IMG/VR virus record: IMGVR_UViG_3300020213_000023
Coordinates: 1 to 64,000 of that record
Source: a virus
Strand: one strand, 5' to 3'
Length of the DNA: 64,000 bases
The position numbers and the translations under genes are program-made. This document shows positions 46,851 to 57,400 of this stretch, one piece after another. Each line of letters opens with the position of its first letter. Positions within the stretch are counted from its first letter, which is position 1. Under the pieces are notes generated by a model. The model was not told the origin of the DNA, ran no database searches, and was given only the letters and a program-made list of their open reading frames with translations.

Positions 46851-47413
46851 GCGTTTCGAAAGTTTACGTTAGGGTAACCAACATGGATCGTGGTTTTAAT
46901 GACGGCATCCCCATGCGGGGCGACCTTACGATCGTCGTGCGCGACGCCAAATCAGGCAAAGAGCGCAAACGAATCGAAATCCGCAACAAGATCACTTTCC
47001 TTGCTGCAGACGTTTTGGTCGAGCTGCTTGCACAACGCGCGACCGATCCTGCCGCGAGCGCCAACACCATCTTCTCGATGCGGATGGGCACGTCGAACAC
47101 GGCTGCGTCTAGGGCAGACACCAACCTCGGGGCTTACATCATCGGCAAGGAGCTGGCCGATGTCGACAAGGTCACCGGCGTCCCCGGCGAGCTGCAATTC
47201 TCGTCGACCTTGGAAGCAGTGGACGCCAACGGCAATACGCTGCAGGAAGCGGGGCTGTTCACGGCGGGTGACGCAGTTACGCCAACGCCCAGTGACACTC
47301 CTGGCGTAGCTGCGGGTGACCCGCGCATGTTCGCACGTCAAACACACCCCGCGATCATCAAGACGGTCGCAATCACGGTCGAGTACAGCTGGCGAATCGC
47401 CTTTACCGCGTAA
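46847..47413 (+). CDS. tail-collar / fibre-attachment-like protein
   Basis: NKIT...MGT...ANGNTLQEAGLF...MFARQTHPAIIKT...YSWRI. Confidence 0.65.
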   Translation: MSVSKVYVRVTNMDRGFNDGIPMRGDLTIVVRDAKSGKERKRIEIRNKITFLAADVLVELLAQRATDPAASANTIFSMRMGTSNTAASRADTNLGAYIIGKELADVDKVTGVPGELQFSSTLEAVDANGNTLQEAGLFTAGDAVTPTPSDTPGVAAGDPRMFARQTHPAIIKTVAITVEYSWRIAFTA

Positions 47414-47428
47414 TCAAGGAAATCCACG

Positions 47429-50428
47429 ATGTCTACAGGCACCTACCGTCAATTTCCAGTTTACGCCGAAGACGAGACCGGCTTCAGCGATTCTGATGCC
47501 GCCGAGCCCATTGTCGACGGGGAGGCTGTAAGCGCGACGATTTTCAATCGTCCGATTGACAACCTGCGTCTGCGCACCGAAAAGGTGCGCGGTGCCATCG
47601 AGGACTTGGCGTACCTCGCTGACGCAGACCGCGCGCTGATCGTCGCAGGTCCGGGCAAGGTCACCTGGCCTGGCTCGGTGACGGCAGGCGCGTCCGGTAT
47701 CTTTGTCCTCAGTGATGTCCTCTATGTCATCCCCGCGCTGACACGGGGAGGCGTGCAGGTTTCGCCCGTGCCTCCGACCGCCTCGTCGTTCGGCACCCTA
47801 TCACTCGACAGAGCCACAGGCAGCTCTGCCGCAATTCTGGTGACCAGTCTCCTCCGTGACTTCCAGGGGGGGCACAAGCTCAACATCACGGTCGTATCGG
47901 GCACGGTGTACAGTTGCGTGCTGGCGGATGAAGAGACGATGTCCATCGTTATCACCGCGACCGCCTCGACGGACTTGACGACAATCATCAATTCGCTCAA
48001 CGCATTGGTGAATGCGAACACGGACAATATTTGTACAGCAGCGTTGCAAGGCGGTGCCTTGGGCGCTGACCTTATCGAACGCCCGCAATCCATTCGTCGT
48101 CAAACGGGAAACCATGACGCGGAGGCGCACGCGATCACGCCGGCTCAACTCGCGGCGTTCTTCGCAATCGGCGGGAACCCCCTCCTGGAGGGTGACTCGC
48201 TCTGCGTCCAGTACAGCACATTGATCGATACTTCGCCTGCCACTGACGGCGGGCGACGCCAATCGATCCCGGAGAATTCCAACACGTCGGTTCTCACCGC
48301 GTCGTTGTTCAACTCCCGTGTGAGTCCGGATCGGTTGGTCAACGCGATCCCGGTTTGCAAGGTGGTTGACGGACGCCTTTGTTTCATTTCAGGGCAGCAA
48401 ATTTTCGCGGGGGCTATCGCCGTTGACCTCGGCGGTGGCGTCGGTTCCGTCGCGCTCACGGACATCATGAGCAGCGTCGTCATGAACGACGGCAGCCTCG
48501 AATTCAGCCAAGGTGCGCACGCTGGCTTGACGTTCTCGGTGAACGGCGGCACGTACTGGATGAACGGCATCAAGACCACTAAAGCCGTGGACACCACGCT
48601 GCTCGCGGACGCGACAACGAACTACGTCTACATCGACACCGACGGCGACCTGAAGGACACAACATCGGCGTCGACCGCGACTACGCTGCCTCGTTTGGTC
48701 TTGTACAAGGCAGTCACGGCAGGCGGCGCAATCACAACTATCACCGATTTGCGTCGGTTCCACACGCGTTTCAATAGCCGAAAGTTTATCACCGTAGGTA
48801 CTTACGGGGACTTCCAAATGCTCGAGAACGCCGTCGCATGGGTCGTCATGATGCGTTCTGTGGGTGAGGACTCGCCGTTGGAGATCGTCATCCAAGGCGA
48901 CGTCACGATGACGTCACAGATCGTGCTCACCGACAGCGTGACTATTCGTGCCAACGAACCAGGACAAGGACACATCAACACACCGTCGGGTGTTGCCGCG
49001 TTCTCTGTTCAATCGGGAACCGTTGACGACGTCATCTTCGAGAACATCCGTTTCAACGTTCCTACTGCCGTCGGATCCGGGTTGATTGACATCGGCGGTA
49101 CCGCCGCGTGCAATACGTGGGAGTTGAATCGTTGCCGCATCAACGGCGGACGCGGCGTCCACGCGATCGAGGTTATCTCAACCGCTGCGCACAACGGTTG
49201 GAGGATCCGTGATTGTGAATTCTTCGGCATGGCGCACACAGCGATCACGCTGTCTATTGCACTAGAACAGATGTCCAACGCTGTCATCAGCGGCAACAAG
49301 ATCACGGGCGGGTTGGGTGACGCGTTTGACGCGGGTATTTTCGTTGGCTACGACTCACACAACAACTGCATCGAAAAAAACCACATTGAAACAGGCGGAA
49401 TCGCGATTGCCGTGTCGGACGATAACCTCGCGTCTTCGTTGACCGCGGTATGCACAGGAAATCAGGTCTCAAACAACTACGTCACGGGTGCTTTCAACAC
49501 AAACGCAGTTCAGATTTGCGGTGAAACCCTTCTCGAAGGAAACCACGTTTCCGCGTGTGACCCAGGCTCGAGCACCAACGGTGTTGTTAGTGTTTGGGGA
49601 AACGGCGGCCCCGTCGTTATCCAAAACAACCACATCCTTAACTGGGCGCAAGGCGCTGCGATCGAGTTTAACGACGATTTCTACAGCTCGCTCGTCGCGA
49701 ACAACGTACTTCGTACGACTCTCGAGACCGCTGACTTTGGCTTGTACGACGTAACCAGTAACCTGGGGCCGATGACAGTCGTTGGAAACATCATCGACCT
49801 GTCCGGCGCGGCTGTCCCCGCCGGATCCCCTAGCGGGGTTGCTGTTGGACTCAACGCGCGCCAGGGTGTCTCCGTGTCGGGTAACATGTTTCGCGGCGTG
49901 GGCACCGTCGGCCTTCCGTCAGCCGGAATCATCGCGCTGGGCGCCAACGCTAGTATCGTCGGAAACATCTTCAACCACTGCTATGGCGTGCCTTACGCGG
50001 TTGGTACGACCCCGGTTATCGCAGGTAATCAAGGAAACAGCGGCGGCAGCACTAACGCGGATGTGTCTCGGCTGGATAACGCTGGCGCTGTTTGCCATTA
50101 CGGCTTCCAGCGTTCCGAAGCGTTGGCCACGTTGACCACTGCTTCGATTACGCTCAATCAGAACTGTTCTACTCTGTTCGTTGCATGTCCCGGAGGAACA
50201 ACACACGTCATCGGTGGATTCACGGGAGGGCGAAAGGGGCGTCGTATCGAGGTTTGGAATACCGGCACCACGACGGTTGATATCGGACACGAGGACGGTC
50301 TCATCGGGACTGCGACGGACCGCATTCACTGCTCGGGCACGGCAGACATCACCGTGCCGGCAAAGAGTTGTGTGGTTGTAACCTACGACGACGACATCAG
50401 CCGTTGGCGCGCAGCCCGGTTGACCTAA
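47429..50428 (+). CDS. tail spike / receptor-binding protein with right-handed beta-helix
   Basis: TVGTYGDFQMLENAV cap followed by repeated ISGNKI/VSNNYV/VVGNII rungs. Confidence 0.8.
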   Translation: MSTGTYRQFPVYAEDETGFSDSDAAEPIVDGEAVSATIFNRPIDNLRLRTEKVRGAIEDLAYLADADRALIVAGPGKVTWPGSVTAGASGIFVLSDVLYVIPALTRGGVQVSPVPPTASSFGTLSLDRATGSSAAILVTSLLRDFQGGHKLNITVVSGTVYSCVLADEETMSIVITATASTDLTTIINSLNALVNANTDNICTAALQGGALGADLIERPQSIRRQTGNHDAEAHAITPAQLAAFFAIGGNPLLEGDSLCVQYSTLIDTSPATDGGRRQSIPENSNTSVLTASLFNSRVSPDRLVNAIPVCKVVDGRLCFISGQQIFAGAIAVDLGGGVGSVALTDIMSSVVMNDGSLEFSQGAHAGLTFSVNGGTYWMNGIKTTKAVDTTLLADATTNYVYIDTDGDLKDTTSASTATTLPRLVLYKAVTAGGAITTITDLRRFHTRFNSRKFITVGTYGDFQMLENAVAWVVMMRSVGEDSPLEIVIQGDVTMTSQIVLTDSVTIRANEPGQGHINTPSGVAAFSVQSGTVDDVIFENIRFNVPTAVGSGLIDIGGTAACNTWELNRCRINGGRGVHAIEVISTAAHNGWRIRDCEFFGMAHTAITLSIALEQMSNAVISGNKITGGLGDAFDAGIFVGYDSHNNCIEKNHIETGGIAIAVSDDNLASSLTAVCTGNQVSNNYVTGAFNTNAVQICGETLLEGNHVSACDPGSSTNGVVSVWGNGGPVVIQNNHILNWAQGAAIEFNDDFYSSLVANNVLRTTLETADFGLYDVTSNLGPMTVVGNIIDLSGAAVPAGSPSGVAVGLNARQGVSVSGNMFRGVGTVGLPSAGIIALGANASIVGNIFNHCYGVPYAVGTTPVIAGNQGNSGGSTNADVSRLDNAGAVCHYGFQRSEALATLTTASITLNQNCSTLFVACPGGTTHVIGGFTGGRKGRRIEVWNTGTTTVDIGHEDGLIGTATDRIHCSGTADITVPAKSCVVVTYDDDISRWRAARLT

Positions 50429-50699
50429 ACCTCCCGGATGATCGATTCGCCGCCACCGCCGATGTAGTGGCAGCCGAACTCGACCCATCTAACGCGCTCC
50501 CCCAAACGACGGAACTCAACGACCATGCCCCCTTTCGGGGGCATTTTCTTGTCCGGCGAGTGCCAGTCGTACAGCTCGCGCACCACGACTTCGTCGTAGA
50601 CGTGATGCTCGATCGAGTGGGAGCCCTCGCCCTTCTTGAGGTAGTAGAAGGCTAGCCTCTTGAGGACCTCGGTGATGCCGAGCTTGTGCTCGACCCGGC

Positions 50700-50927
50700 T
50701 CATTCGGATTTCCCGAACGCCTTCTGTTCCATTTCGAGCGCGGAGTACTGGTTGTAGATCAGCCGTCCGATTTCGTTTTGCTTCAGCACGACCTTGCAGG
50801 TCTTTACACCGGAAATGCACTCCGGACAGATTGCGCCCACGACGACTTCGCCTTGACGGATCACCAGACCATCGGTGATGCTGACGCCAGGCCCGAACTC
50901 ACTCTCACAATTGTTGCATTTGCGCAT
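50700..50927 (-). CDS. small Zn-ribbon protein
   Basis: CNNC...CPEC; leaderless-type start. Confidence 0.6.
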   Translation of the reverse strand: MRKCNNCESEFGPGVSITDGLVIRQGEVVVGAICPECISGVKTCKVVLKQNEIGRLIYNQYSALEMEQKAFGKSE

Positions 50928-50963
50928 TTTGTGAATGTACCAAAAGAAGAAGGGTCCCTTCAA
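50928..50963 (-). promoter_or_regulatory. leaderless-type promoter TTGAAG-N18-TACATT-N6-ATG
   Basis: extended -10 TGn is present; no SD. Confidence 0.6.
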
Positions 50964-50997
50964 TCAAGAAGGGACCCCAAATCAATCGAGTTGTTCG

Positions 50998-53319
50998 CTA
51001 GAACTTGACTTCGCAAGCACCGCCGGCACAGGCCGCCTCGCCGGTGAGGTTCGTCCCGTCTTCCAACTCCAGGATCGCCGTGTAGTCGACAGGCTTGTAG
51101 TACGCGATGAGCTGGTTGTATCGCGCTTCATCCGCCTCGGTGACCACGGCTTCATTGGGAGCGAACGCGTAGTCCTTGTCACTCGTCGCGGCGATCAGGC
51201 TGACGCCTGTAAAGAACTCCCGGTTGTCCCAGATGTAATCTGCAACCGCGTCCCATTCGTCCGGATGCACGTGAACCGTGTTGGACACGTTGTGCGTTAG
51301 TCCAGGAGAGACGCTCGTGTCCGCGGTGCCTGGAAGCACCCAGTTTTGTTGGGTGCTGCGTACCATGTCGAGGAACGTGAGCGCCGTCAGGTCCTCCTTG
51401 AGGACCGCACCGGGAGGAGCCTCGACAGGGAACTCGATGACGAATTTCCCGTCGGGCTTCTTTACGCACATGTGCGGGTTGACCGCCTTGAACGCGAGGA
51501 AGACCGTTTCCATCTCGTCGGCAGTCACGCGTCGAATGTAGCGACGGGCGTGGTGCGCGTGATGCCCAGATCCAACGCAGCCCAGCTCGAGGGACGTGGT
51601 CCCTGACGGCTTGACGCAGGTGGTTCGCGCTGCGGGACGAATGCCGATGCGGGCAGCGTATTCGGCGTTCCACTGTTTTACCTTGAGCGCCATCTCGCGC
51701 TGCAACTCCGGGTCACACGAGATCTCGCTAGCGTCGAGCATTCCGGTCATGCCGATGCCGAGAAGCGCCTCACGCTCTGCGATGACCTCGCTCTGCCAGC
51801 CCAGGTACGCCATGTCCGTGTACGCCGCCTGCAGGGTTCCGATGATCGCGGCGGCCTTGGCGGCGACCTCGAAGTCGGCGGGCGACTTGAACATCGCCGC
51901 GTTGATCTCGCACAGGTTGCAGAACGCCCAGCCGGTGATGACGTCGCCCATCTTTACATCGGGAATCGACTTGCCTCGATCGGCACGCTGCGCGAGCAGT
52001 TCGATGAGCTTGCCGTCGACGACAATCTTGGGGTTGAGGCCGATCTCGGCACAGGGGTTTGTGCCGTGGTCGAAGTCGCTGCAGAAGTAGAAGCCCGGCT
52101 CGCCCCACTCCTTGGTCATCTGGATGATCCGCTTGAACTGTTTCTTCTTCACTTCGTCACGCTTGAGCATGACGCTGTTGTTCGCGTTCGAGCGCCACGG
52201 GTGGGTCTTCCACCAGGAGCCAGTCTTGGCGTTGACCATCTCGCTGTCGTCGAGCGAGAACAGGCAGATCATCGCGGAGCGTCGGATACCGCCGCTGAGC
52301 ACAGCGTCAGCTGCGTGACACATGACATCGTGACACTCGATGGGGCGGAGCTTTCGGCCCTGCGCTCCGTCGAGGATCTTGCGAACCTGCTCGAGGGACT
52401 CCTTGAGCCTGCGATGCCCGGGGGCGCGTCCTCCGCTGGTCTTGAGCGGCGTGCCCTTCTTGCGGATCAGCGCGTAGTTGAACTCGATGTTGTAGCCCTC
52501 GACGTAGCTCATCATGAGCGCGTAGAGCGCATCGGCCCAACCCTCGATCGAATCCGCGATGGTGTGGTGCACGACGTTGTCGACGTCGATGAACTTCAGC
52601 GGGGGCAGCTTGTCGACGTGCTCGAACTGCACGGAATAGCCAACGCCGGAGCCGCACAGGAGGAGGAACATCGCCTCCGCGAAAACACGAGGACGATCGA
52701 TGAACGAAAAAGTGCAGTTGTAGATGCGGTTGTTGACTGCTTCAACGGCCGCGCCGCCGAACTGCATCGAACGCATCGACGGCAGCACCCGCTTCTCGAG
52801 CACCTGATCGAACGCCCAGCAGATGTCTGCGTCGAGGCCTACGACATGGGCGAACTTACGTCGATGCATCTCCCGGACTCGTACCACCGTCTCGTGGTAC
52901 AGCTCGCGCCGCATCTCTGCTTGGATGTGGCGGGCGTACTTCGAGTGGTGGATGTACTCTGACACGGCAAGCGGGTCAGGCGTGCGGCGTTGCTGTCTGC
53001 GCTCCGCGTGCTTCTCCCGGTAAACGATGTACGCCCTCGCCACGGCGAAGTGGCGGAACTTCATCAGCGCGATTTCGACGGCGTCTTGGATCTGCTCGAC
53101 GTCGGCCACTTCGGCGCTGAGGGTGTTGATCGCGAGTGCAACGACCTTGCGTACCTTCGCTTCGTCGACCGTGCCTTCCGCCTCTTCCCATGCTTTCCGG
53201 ATAGCGCACTCAATCTTGTGTGAGTCGAACACCTGCAGCGTAGCCCCGTCACGCTTCCGGACCTGAAGAGGTTCCGCTGTTTCCTTGAATGCCGGGTGAT
53301 TGAGCACGCTGATGTCCAT
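50998..53319 (-). CDS. nrdJ: class II (adenosylcobalamin-dependent) ribonucleotide reductase with N-terminal ATP cone
   Basis: VRKRDG ATP cone; YNC, GSGVG, TNPCAEI, CNLCEI, TCVKPSGT, C-terminal CAGGAC. Confidence 0.88.
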   Translation of the reverse strand: MDISVLNHPAFKETAEPLQVRKRDGATLQVFDSHKIECAIRKAWEEAEGTVDEAKVRKVVALAINTLSAEVADVEQIQDAVEIALMKFRHFAVARAYIVYREKHAERRQQRRTPDPLAVSEYIHHSKYARHIQAEMRRELYHETVVRVREMHRRKFAHVVGLDADICWAFDQVLEKRVLPSMRSMQFGGAAVEAVNNRIYNCTFSFIDRPRVFAEAMFLLLCGSGVGYSVQFEHVDKLPPLKFIDVDNVVHHTIADSIEGWADALYALMMSYVEGYNIEFNYALIRKKGTPLKTSGGRAPGHRRLKESLEQVRKILDGAQGRKLRPIECHDVMCHAADAVLSGGIRRSAMICLFSLDDSEMVNAKTGSWWKTHPWRSNANNSVMLKRDEVKKKQFKRIIQMTKEWGEPGFYFCSDFDHGTNPCAEIGLNPKIVVDGKLIELLAQRADRGKSIPDVKMGDVITGWAFCNLCEINAAMFKSPADFEVAAKAAAIIGTLQAAYTDMAYLGWQSEVIAEREALLGIGMTGMLDASEISCDPELQREMALKVKQWNAEYAARIGIRPAARTTCVKPSGTTSLELGCVGSGHHAHHARRYIRRVTADEMETVFLAFKAVNPHMCVKKPDGKFVIEFPVEAPPGAVLKEDLTALTFLDMVRSTQQNWVLPGTADTSVSPGLTHNVSNTVHVHPDEWDAVADYIWDNREFFTGVSLIAATSDKDYAFAPNEAVVTEADEARYNQLIAYYKPVDYTAILELEDGTNLTGEAACAGGACEVKF

Positions 53320-53330
53320 GGGGTCTTTTC

Positions 53331-53879
53331 CTAGATGGAGTTTTTAACGACGCGTCGGATACGGCGCGCGGGTTTCTTCGGCTTTGGAAAACGCAAGGAA
53401 TGCAAAACCTCGAGTTGCGCTCGGTTAGGAGGCGCTAGCTCGAGGTGATAGCAACGGGCGATCTGCGACAGGAAAAACGCGTCCGCCTGGTTGTCGTCGG
53501 ACGTGACAAAACCAGCCCGCTTGGCTGCCTCAACCATGTCTTCTTTTTCGGCACTGGCGTTTCCCGTGGCGAATTTCTTGAGAGAGACCGGCGGCACGAC
53601 GACGTATGGGACTTCGTTTTCGAACATGAGCAGGCGAAGCACCCCGCCTACTTCGCCTAGTTCGAAAACTCGGCCGACACTATTATAGGAGTAGCCCTCG
53701 ACTGCTCCAAACAAGACACTGAGCCCGAGTAAAGGCGCCACGCGGCTCTTTACGTACGCAAGGCGTTCAACGTCTCGGCATTTCCCAGGGATCACCGTCT
53801 CATGGTGTTCTACCTGTCCGTTCGGGCGGACCCGGCACAAGCCGGTTGCGTTCAAGCTCTGGTCGATCCCCAAGTACAT
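53331..53879 (-). CDS. RuvC-like Holliday junction resolvase
   Basis: YLGIDQS, VEGY, LKKFATGNASAEKEDM, DDNQADA. Confidence 0.88.
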   Translation of the reverse strand: MYLGIDQSLNATGLCRVRPNGQVEHHETVIPGKCRDVERLAYVKSRVAPLLGLSVLFGAVEGYSYNSVGRVFELGEVGGVLRLLMFENEVPYVVVPPVSLKKFATGNASAEKEDMVEAAKRAGFVTSDDNQADAFFLSQIARCYHLELAPPNRAQLEVLHSLRFPKPKKPARRIRRVVKNSI

Positions 53880-53907
53880 GAGCGAAACCTCGGTGTACCA
53901 TGCGGCA

Positions 53908-54279
53908 ATGGCGGTTTCATTCAGTTTGCGACAAATCACGTCGGTTGTTACGGGACCTCTTTACCGCGTGAACAATACGGTTGACGCGGCCACCGACGCC
54001 TCCCTGATGATCTTCGTGTTCAAAACGACGACACAAGAATTCAGTCACTACGCAACGGTGGCAGACATTGAAACCTACCCCGATACGTACGCACAGGCCG
54101 TCTCAGACGGCGCAGCGTTCTATCGGCTTGCTTCAGTTGTTCGAGATTGGGGAACCGTCGAGGAAATGGAAGCAGATGTCGCGATGACCCTGAGTCGCAC
54201 GCAGTTTCTCGCGAACGAGCTGAACGCCGTGCAAGTGGGCGTTTCGTCCGATACAACCACCGTCATCGTACCGGAGTGA
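53908..54279 (+). CDS. hypothetical, probably virion, protein; paralog of the next gene's N-terminus
   Basis: TACCAT-N6-ATG start; acidic and Thr/Val-rich. Confidence 0.65.
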   Translation: MAVSFSLRQITSVVTGPLYRVNNTVDAATDASLMIFVFKTTTQEFSHYATVADIETYPDTYAQAVSDGAAFYRLASVVRDWGTVEEMEADVAMTLSRTQFLANELNAVQVGVSSDTTTVIVPE

Positions 54280-54282
54280 TTC

Positions 54283-55278
54283 ATGGCTACCCTTGAACAA
54301 ACACGTCACGTTGAACTGGTTTCGGGAACGCGTCAGAGATTCGTCGTAACCAGTACGATGACGGGAGCCATCATTCCAGGACAGCTTCCCCACTTGGGCG
54401 TGTTCGTGATGCGTATCATCACGCGAGATGACCCCCAGGACGATACTTTCCAGCGTGTCGCTCGAATTGCAGACCTGAGTGAATTGCCGCTAGGCCGCGA
54501 TGAGGGTCTCGACAGCGATGATGGTGTCGATATTGACTACCTCGCCAGTATCGTAGTTTTGAACTACGACACGCTCTCTGAAGCGAAGCTGGCCTATGTC
54601 GCTATCAAAGACCGCGTCAATGCGTTGGTCACCGACTGGGTTGACTACATGCTGAACTTCGATGCGCCGATCATCTCACCCGAGATCTTCACGTTGCCGG
54701 ATGTTGATGATTCGCAATTCGAGGTTCTGGCGGCTACATACAAGATCGCTAAGCAGGACCGCTATCAAAAGAACTTGCTGAAGCTCGAGGCCGACGCTGT
54801 GCTGACGCGTGCGACCGCCGACTACAACTACAAACGTGCTCGTGAAGTCGAGCTGGATTCGATGGTGGCCAAGGGCATCATCGTCGATGCGGACATGAGC
54901 GCAGCGTCGAGCTTTCACGCCGCGTTGTTGTCGGAGGGAACGACCTTCCTGGCGGCAGCCGCGTGTGCAGCCGCGGGTGACAAGGCAGATTTCCAAGACG
55001 CGCTTAACACAGGGACAAACGAGACGAGCATCCTCGCTGCGTACGATGTTGACGTTGCGACCCTTACGGGACTCATCAACGGTTACGACGCGGCGCGCGT
55101 CGTAGAAGTGGCCGCCGCCAGCGCCGCGTTGGCGACCGCGCAGGCGGACCAGATCGCCAAGGCGCAGGCCTACACGACGGCGCAGACAACGGAGACCACG
55201 GCCCTTGCCGCCGTCATCGCCGTGTGTCCCGACTTCGAGAAGAACTCGATCCCGTTTGTCGACGACACTGAGGTGTAG
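54283..55278 (+). CDS. hypothetical, probably virion, protein with Ala-rich coiled coil
   Basis: GGAG SD; 331 aa. Confidence 0.7.
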   Translation: MATLEQTRHVELVSGTRQRFVVTSTMTGAIIPGQLPHLGVFVMRIITRDDPQDDTFQRVARIADLSELPLGRDEGLDSDDGVDIDYLASIVVLNYDTLSEAKLAYVAIKDRVNALVTDWVDYMLNFDAPIISPEIFTLPDVDDSQFEVLAATYKIAKQDRYQKNLLKLEADAVLTRATADYNYKRAREVELDSMVAKGIIVDADMSAASSFHAALLSEGTTFLAAAACAAAGDKADFQDALNTGTNETSILAAYDVDVATLTGLINGYDAARVVEVAAASAALATAQADQIAKAQAYTTAQTTETTALAAVIAVCPDFEKNSIPFVDDTEV

Positions 55279-55283
55279 AAGCT

Positions 55284-55322
55284 AAAAAAAGAGGGCGCCG
55301 GGATGTTGTTCCCGGCGCCCTC
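55284..55322 (-). terminator. Rho-independent terminator between convergent genes
   Basis: 13-bp stem GAGGGCGCCGGGA/TCCCGGCGCCCTC with T7 on the - strand. Confidence 0.88.
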
Positions 55323-55325
55323 AGA

Positions 55326-55883
55326 CTAAGTGCGCATACGAATGCTCGCGGTGAGCAAGTCAACGTAAGCCCGCACACGTCGGTGCGCGGGTGCTCGCAG
55401 AGTTCGGATCTTGCCGCCTAGCCGACGGCTTGCGTGCGCGAAAGCGTTGCACCTTGCGGTGTAGCATTTGCGACACCACTGCCTTGGTCTACGCGGAACA
55501 GGTTCCCGTGCCGCGCGTTCCACAACACCACAAGGGCAAATCACTATGCGTGTCTGGGGTCGAAGCGACGGCTCTGTATTCAATGTCCTGCATCGCTTAC
55601 TGCAGTAGTCGCGGACGGCATCGCGCTGGGCACACCCGAACCCGACCACCAAACGCTCTTCCTTTCCGCAGTAATGACAGATCAACAATCTCAGTCGTGG
55701 TGGGTTGGAAAGAAACTCCAGGTGGGTGATGTTGCAGTATGCGTTGCAGAAGTTACTACTTCGTTTGTAATGCATGAACCGCATCAACGGTTTACCGCAC
55801 CACAGACAATTACGTCCGTTAGGTGTTTTTCTTGCCGGTCCTCGTTTTTGCATTTTGATGCCTGAACTCTTCCATGTAAGCAA
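55326..55883 (-). CDS. Cys-rich multi-Zn-finger protein
   Basis: CLWCGK...FCNAYC; CHYCGK...YCSKRC; CPCG...WCRKC. Confidence 0.55.
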   Translation of the reverse strand: MLTWKSSGIKMQKRGPARKTPNGRNCLWCGKPLMRFMHYKRSSNFCNAYCNITHLEFLSNPPRLRLLICHYCGKEERLVVGFGCAQRDAVRDYCSKRCRTLNTEPSLRPQTRIVICPCGVVERAAREPVPRRPRQWCRKCYTARCNAFAHASRRLGGKIRTLRAPAHRRVRAYVDLLTASIRMRT

Positions 55884-56149
55884 TCTCCAGCCAGCCTAGA
55901 TACGCAATTGCTTGTGCTTCGGCGGGGGACAGGCTTCCTCCGTATACCTCTTTCTGCCATTTCGCGATTTCGGCGCGGATCTGGTTTTCAGTTCGAGGCT
56001 TGGTTGACTTCTTCTTCATTCGACCTTCACCCCCTCGAGCCGAGACAGTACATCGGTGAGGCGGACCTCTTTGTCGATGCGCAGCATGTCGTTGATGAAT
56101 TGGAGGTGCTTCTTTTTCCCTGCGAAGCGCTTCCGCATCTCTGCGACGT

Positions 56150-57328
56150 TCACGCAGTTGCCTTCTCTTTCTCCTTCCGCTTCTTGCTTTCGGTCATGTA
56201 CTCGCCTGCCGCGATCTCCAGCTCCATGCGCCGCTCCGGCGTTTCGGCGGACTTCGCGAACCACGAGATCGCGTTGGCCAGGCGTGCCCGCGTGGTCCCG
56301 ACCGGCAGCTCTTCGACACCGCCGTTCATGAAGATGTCCTGCACCTTTTCGACCTCACCCTTGAGCAGGCCGAGCTTGGGCAGCTCCTGCCACGCCTGCT
56401 TCGGGTCGATGCGCTCCTCGAGCGCCTTGCCAATCAGGCCGACGGTCTGGTTGATCTTGCCAGGGCCGAGGGCGCCTTTGACGATGTCCTTGACCATCGA
56501 CACCATCGTCTTGGTGTCGAGGTTGTACGTGTCCTGGCTGAACTCGATGTTGTCGTCGAGCCGCTTTCCGAGGTGGACCTGACGGAGCGCCTCATCGAGC
56601 GTCGCGTAGTTGGTGCAGACGATACGCATCATGCCGATGCGGAGCGACAGCGCGCCCTTGCCGAAGTCGGAGTTGGCGAGCTGTGCGTAGAACGCGATGA
56701 CCTCCTCGGTGCCCGCCTTCTTCGAAGGCTGAAACACCATCGGCAGGATGGCCTTCACGGCCCAGCGGAGATCGCCGCCCATGCCCTCGATCGGCACGGC
56801 ACCGATCTCCTTGCAGGTCTTGGCGAACGCCTCGATCACCGGAATCGAGTCCATGCGGCGGAACGAATCCGACAGAACACCGCGGACCTGATCGTCGACC
56901 GAGCGCACGAGGAACCGCTGGTTCTCCTCCTTGGCGTAAATGGTGGTCAAGTTTTCGATCAGCAGCTCGCGGCCGTAGGGTCGCGTTGGATTTCCGTTGT
57001 CGTCCTTCTCGAGAAGGCGGTTGAGGTAGGTCTGGGGAACGCCGGCCCGGTCACAGACCTGGTTGAGCGCGTGCTTGTGGAGCCCTTCGCGGAAGTGGCC
57101 CTTCGCCTTGCGGTCCTTGGTTCCCATGAGGATGGTGTCGTCGTCGATGGCGAACATCATTGCCTGCGACTGGACGATTCGATCTCGGGGGACCTCGCTG
57201 CTGACCTTCTCGATGACCGTCATCGCCGAGCGCTGGGATTTTTGGATGGTCTCCTCGAGCTGGGCTTGGAATCGCTTGACGGTCTGGCCGACCGCTACGT
57301 CGTAGTCTCGTGCGTCGTGGTGAATCAT
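56150..57328 (-). CDS. DUF932-like protein
   Basis: FLVRS...RGVLSDSFRRMD...NSDFGKGAL...MRIVCTN...RQVHLG. Confidence 0.7.
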   Translation of the reverse strand: MIHHDARDYDVAVGQTVKRFQAQLEETIQKSQRSAMTVIEKVSSEVPRDRIVQSQAMMFAIDDDTILMGTKDRKAKGHFREGLHKHALNQVCDRAGVPQTYLNRLLEKDDNGNPTRPYGRELLIENLTTIYAKEENQRFLVRSVDDQVRGVLSDSFRRMDSIPVIEAFAKTCKEIGAVPIEGMGGDLRWAVKAILPMVFQPSKKAGTEEVIAFYAQLANSDFGKGALSLRIGMMRIVCTNYATLDEALRQVHLGKRLDDNIEFSQDTYNLDTKTMVSMVKDIVKGALGPGKINQTVGLIGKALEERIDPKQAWQELPKLGLLKGEVEKVQDIFMNGGVEELPVGTTRARLANAISWFAKSAETPERRMELEIAAGEYMTESKKRKEKEKATA

Positions 57329-57400
57329 TTGATCTTTCTTTCTGTTTTCAACTAGCGAATGCGCGTTTATTAAACGCGGGGTTTTGCTTGAGCGCAGCCT

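Noticed and set aside
30092-50428. Bacterial contractile injection system or tailocin rather than a phage
   Set aside because: Terminase, resolvase, RNR, tRNAs and a dense accessory array indicate a phage genome.
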